Shown one piece after another: positions 29,939-32,000 of a stretch of 32,000 nt of DNA (positions within the stretch are counted from its first letter, which is position 1; each line of letters opens with the position of its first letter). This DNA comes from Patescibacteria group bacterium (lineage in GTDB: Bacteria > Patescibacteriota > Gracilibacteria > BD1-5 > UBA2023). Below the pieces are notes generated by a model. That model made no database searches. It was not told the DNA's origin and saw nothing but the letters and a program-made list of their open reading frames with translations. Location: positions 228,078 to 260,077 of the forward strand of contig JBAQBR010000001.1 of NCBI GenBank assembly GCA_049293675.1, read 5' to 3'. The position numbers were made by a program, and so were the translations under genes.

Positions 29939-30925
29939 TTACTTTGAGTCTCTGATATACTCATAATATGCCCGAATGCCTACCATGGCAGCATTGTCCA
30001 TGGAGTAGAGTATCTTTTTTGGTGCAACAAAGTTCCAACCACGATTCATAGCTTCCGATGTAAGCGTATCCTTGAGTCGAGTATTGGCGCTCACTCCACC
30101 TGCAAGAGCAATATTGGTGATTCTGTATTGTTCTGTTGCTTGTATGAGCTTGGTCGCGAGCACATCTGTAATTGCTACTTCTGTAGCATATGCAATCCTT
30201 TCTATATTTGATTGTGTCATCTCATCAAGGGAATCAATATATCGCTTGATAGCGGATTTCATCCCAGAGAATGAGAAATCAAGCTCCTGACCCGAGAGTC
30301 AACGTGGGAAGAGCTTAGCTGCAATTTGTTTTTCCTCAGTTGAAGCCCTACTTGCGAACTCCAACGAGAGTCGTGCAATCTTGGTTCCACCTGGAAATCC
30401 GAGCCCAAGCATCTTCGCAACCTTATCAAAACACTCTCAGGCAGCATCATCACGAGTCTGTGATATCATCTCGAATTCAAACATACTCTTCCAGAGATAT
30501 ATCTCTGTATGACCTCAGGAGACTGTGAGTATCATAGTAGGAAACACTAGCTCATCAGCCTCACGTTCGAGGAAGTTGGCGAACATATGAGACTCTATGT
30601 GATCTATCCAGAATATTGGCCTATCCAGAGAGAGGGCAAGGGTATCTGCAACAGTTGTACCAGTGAGGAGTGATGGTGCAAGTCCTGGTCTCGCTGTACA
30701 GGCTATGACGTCGATATCTGCGAGAGTAATACCCGAATCCTTGAGAACATCATCAATGCATGGAAATATCGCATTTGCATGGCTACGTGCAGCAACCTCA
30801 GGGACAACGCCACCTGTTGTATCATGTTCGAGTTGAGTTCGCGTAGACATAGCAATGAGTTCCCTGTCTCTCATGAGAGCAACAGAGGTATCATCACAGG
30901 ATGTTTCGAAGGCGAGGAGGTACAA
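29939..30925 (-). CDS. tsaD: tRNA N6-adenosine threonylcarbamoyltransferase TsaD
   Basis: LAFETSCDDTSVAL, LTVS-(TGA at 30515-30517)-GHTE, FPGG and ALAGGVSAN. Three track ORFs are joined by TGAs. There is no ATG, so the start is TTG at 30925. 328 aa. Confidence 0.9.
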
Positions 30926-30953
30926 GTTAGGTATTGGATGTTAGGATTTAGAG
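30926..30953. repeat. 14-nt direct repeat GTTAGGNATT(N4) x2 upstream of tsaD
   Basis: GTTAGGTATTGGAT GTTAGGATTTAGAG, immediately upstream of the tsaD TTG start. Confidence 0.7.
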
Positions 30954-31010
30954 ATGAGATTTGTTGCTAGAAGATATACAAAAACTGAGAAAGTTCAAGA
31001 TATTGGAAAG

Positions 31011-32000
31011 TTATATGATTCCATGATCCCTGAGAGACTCTATTTGTTTGAGATTACAGACCGAATTCAACTCTCATTCAGTGAGATTTTTTATTCCATC
31101 TACACTTCCTGCAAGTTTTAGGAGTTTTTTGCGTGTGACTGGTCAGATTCATGGTATCTCTTCAAGAATATTCTTTTTCATACTTTTCATACGTGCAGTT
31201 TTATTGGCCGTGATAGAGAATCTATGTGATTCGTCTCGGGCCTTCTGGAGTACCATAAGTTCTGGTGTTCCTTTTTCAAAGAGTATTGGATTTTTCTCTC
31301 CAGGAAGGAATATCTCTTCTTCCCTCTTGGCGATAGAACATATCTGTGGAATTTTATCAATAGCTCATATCTCTTCATATTGGAATGCTGGAGATCAATT
31401 GTCTTGATTACTAGAATTATGGATACTTCCCTCGCCAGAATTACGAGAATACCAGATTCCCTCTTTGACCCCTGATACAGCACTAGAAAGTTGTCACTTT
31501 CCTCAATCGATGATGATAAGATGAGGGAAGTTATCCTGTTCAACTCACTCAAGTGTCCGACGATACATCACTTCTCGATGCGAAGCAAAGTCATCTATAT
31601 CACCATCTGTAAGTGTTTTTATCTTGTATTTCTTGTACCGAGTGGTGTCTGGCTTGCCATCGACAATACAGACCCGACTCGCATAAGTGAAGTGACCGTC
31701 AGTATGTGATATATCATAACATTCAAATATTATCTCCCCCTTAGCCGGGACATCATAGCCGAGTGTTGTAAGAACATTTTTCATATGCTCACGAGTGAGT
31801 GTTTTGTTTTCGAGAGAAGCAAGTTCTTTTTTATAGGCATATTCACGAACCTGCGTGAGCGTGAAGTCTATGATTTCTTTCTTTGGTCAGATTCTTGGGA
31901 TCTCTACTTTTATTTTTCTTGTCATAAGAAAATCAACAAAAGACTCATCTGCAATACTATTTTGAAGCAATAACAGGTCAGGTAAGTCTCCTGATTGCTC
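31011..32000 (-). CDS. uvrC: excinuclease ABC subunit C (N-terminus beyond the window)
   Basis: ECYDISH, IIID-(TGA 31503)-GK-(TGA 31494)-QL matching IIDGGKGQL, SIAKREEEIFLPG, LQKARDESHRFSI, and the HhH motif IP-(TGA)-I-(TGA)-PVTRKKLL. TAA stop at 31011-31013. Confidence 0.9.

Noticed and set aside
1-32000. TGA decoded as Trp (table 4, Mycoplasma-like).
   Set aside because: TGA aligns with invariant Gly in Walker A, UvrC GGKGQ, TsaD SGGH, GT51 GGSTITEQ and DAPCSGEG. Conserved Trp positions (for example WWAAGP in AlaRS and DWNTF) use TGG.

Overview
The window is a gene-dense bacterial chromosomal segment of about 40% GC. It only reads coherently if TGA is a sense codon (Gly, translation table 25), as used by Gracilibacteria (BD1-5) and Absconditabacteria (SR1). 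In the standard-code ORF track, pepF, alaS, rlmN, nusG, tsaD, uvrC, a class A PBP, an ABC transporter and others look shattered. Each becomes a single uninterrupted frame when in-frame TGA is read through, and several of those TGAs sit on invariant glycines of textbook motifs.

Re-read this way, I count 34 protein-coding genes. I found no rRNA, tRNA, tmRNA, CRISPR array, transposase or integrase. Most genes are housekeeping:
- Translation and rRNA/tRNA modification: rlmE, rlmN, an RsmB/F-family methyltransferase, tsaD, alaS, smpB, rplJ-rplL.
- Transcription: greA, nusG.
- Secretion and envelope: secE, a PBP, a DsbA-like protein, an ABC/FtsX pair.
- Repair: uvrC.

The outstanding feature is a single 4770-nt, 1589-codon minus-strand gene at 10020..14789. 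It encodes a membrane-anchored, repeat-rich fibre with a phage tail-fibre-like sequence grammar, and it sits alone among housekeeping genes.

Other points of interest:
- Several genes are completely invisible to standard-code ORF calling, for example a Cys/His-rich gene at 5138..5689 with 9 TGA codons.
- Shine-Dalgarno motifs are essentially absent. Instead, -10-like boxes abut start codons, and a shared CTAATCCCTCT box precedes greA and nusG.
- Heptamer microsatellites recur in leader regions.
- A roughly 130-nt nested inverted repeat lies downstream of smpB.

All coordinates were derived by hand translation and frame arithmetic. No database searches were possible.
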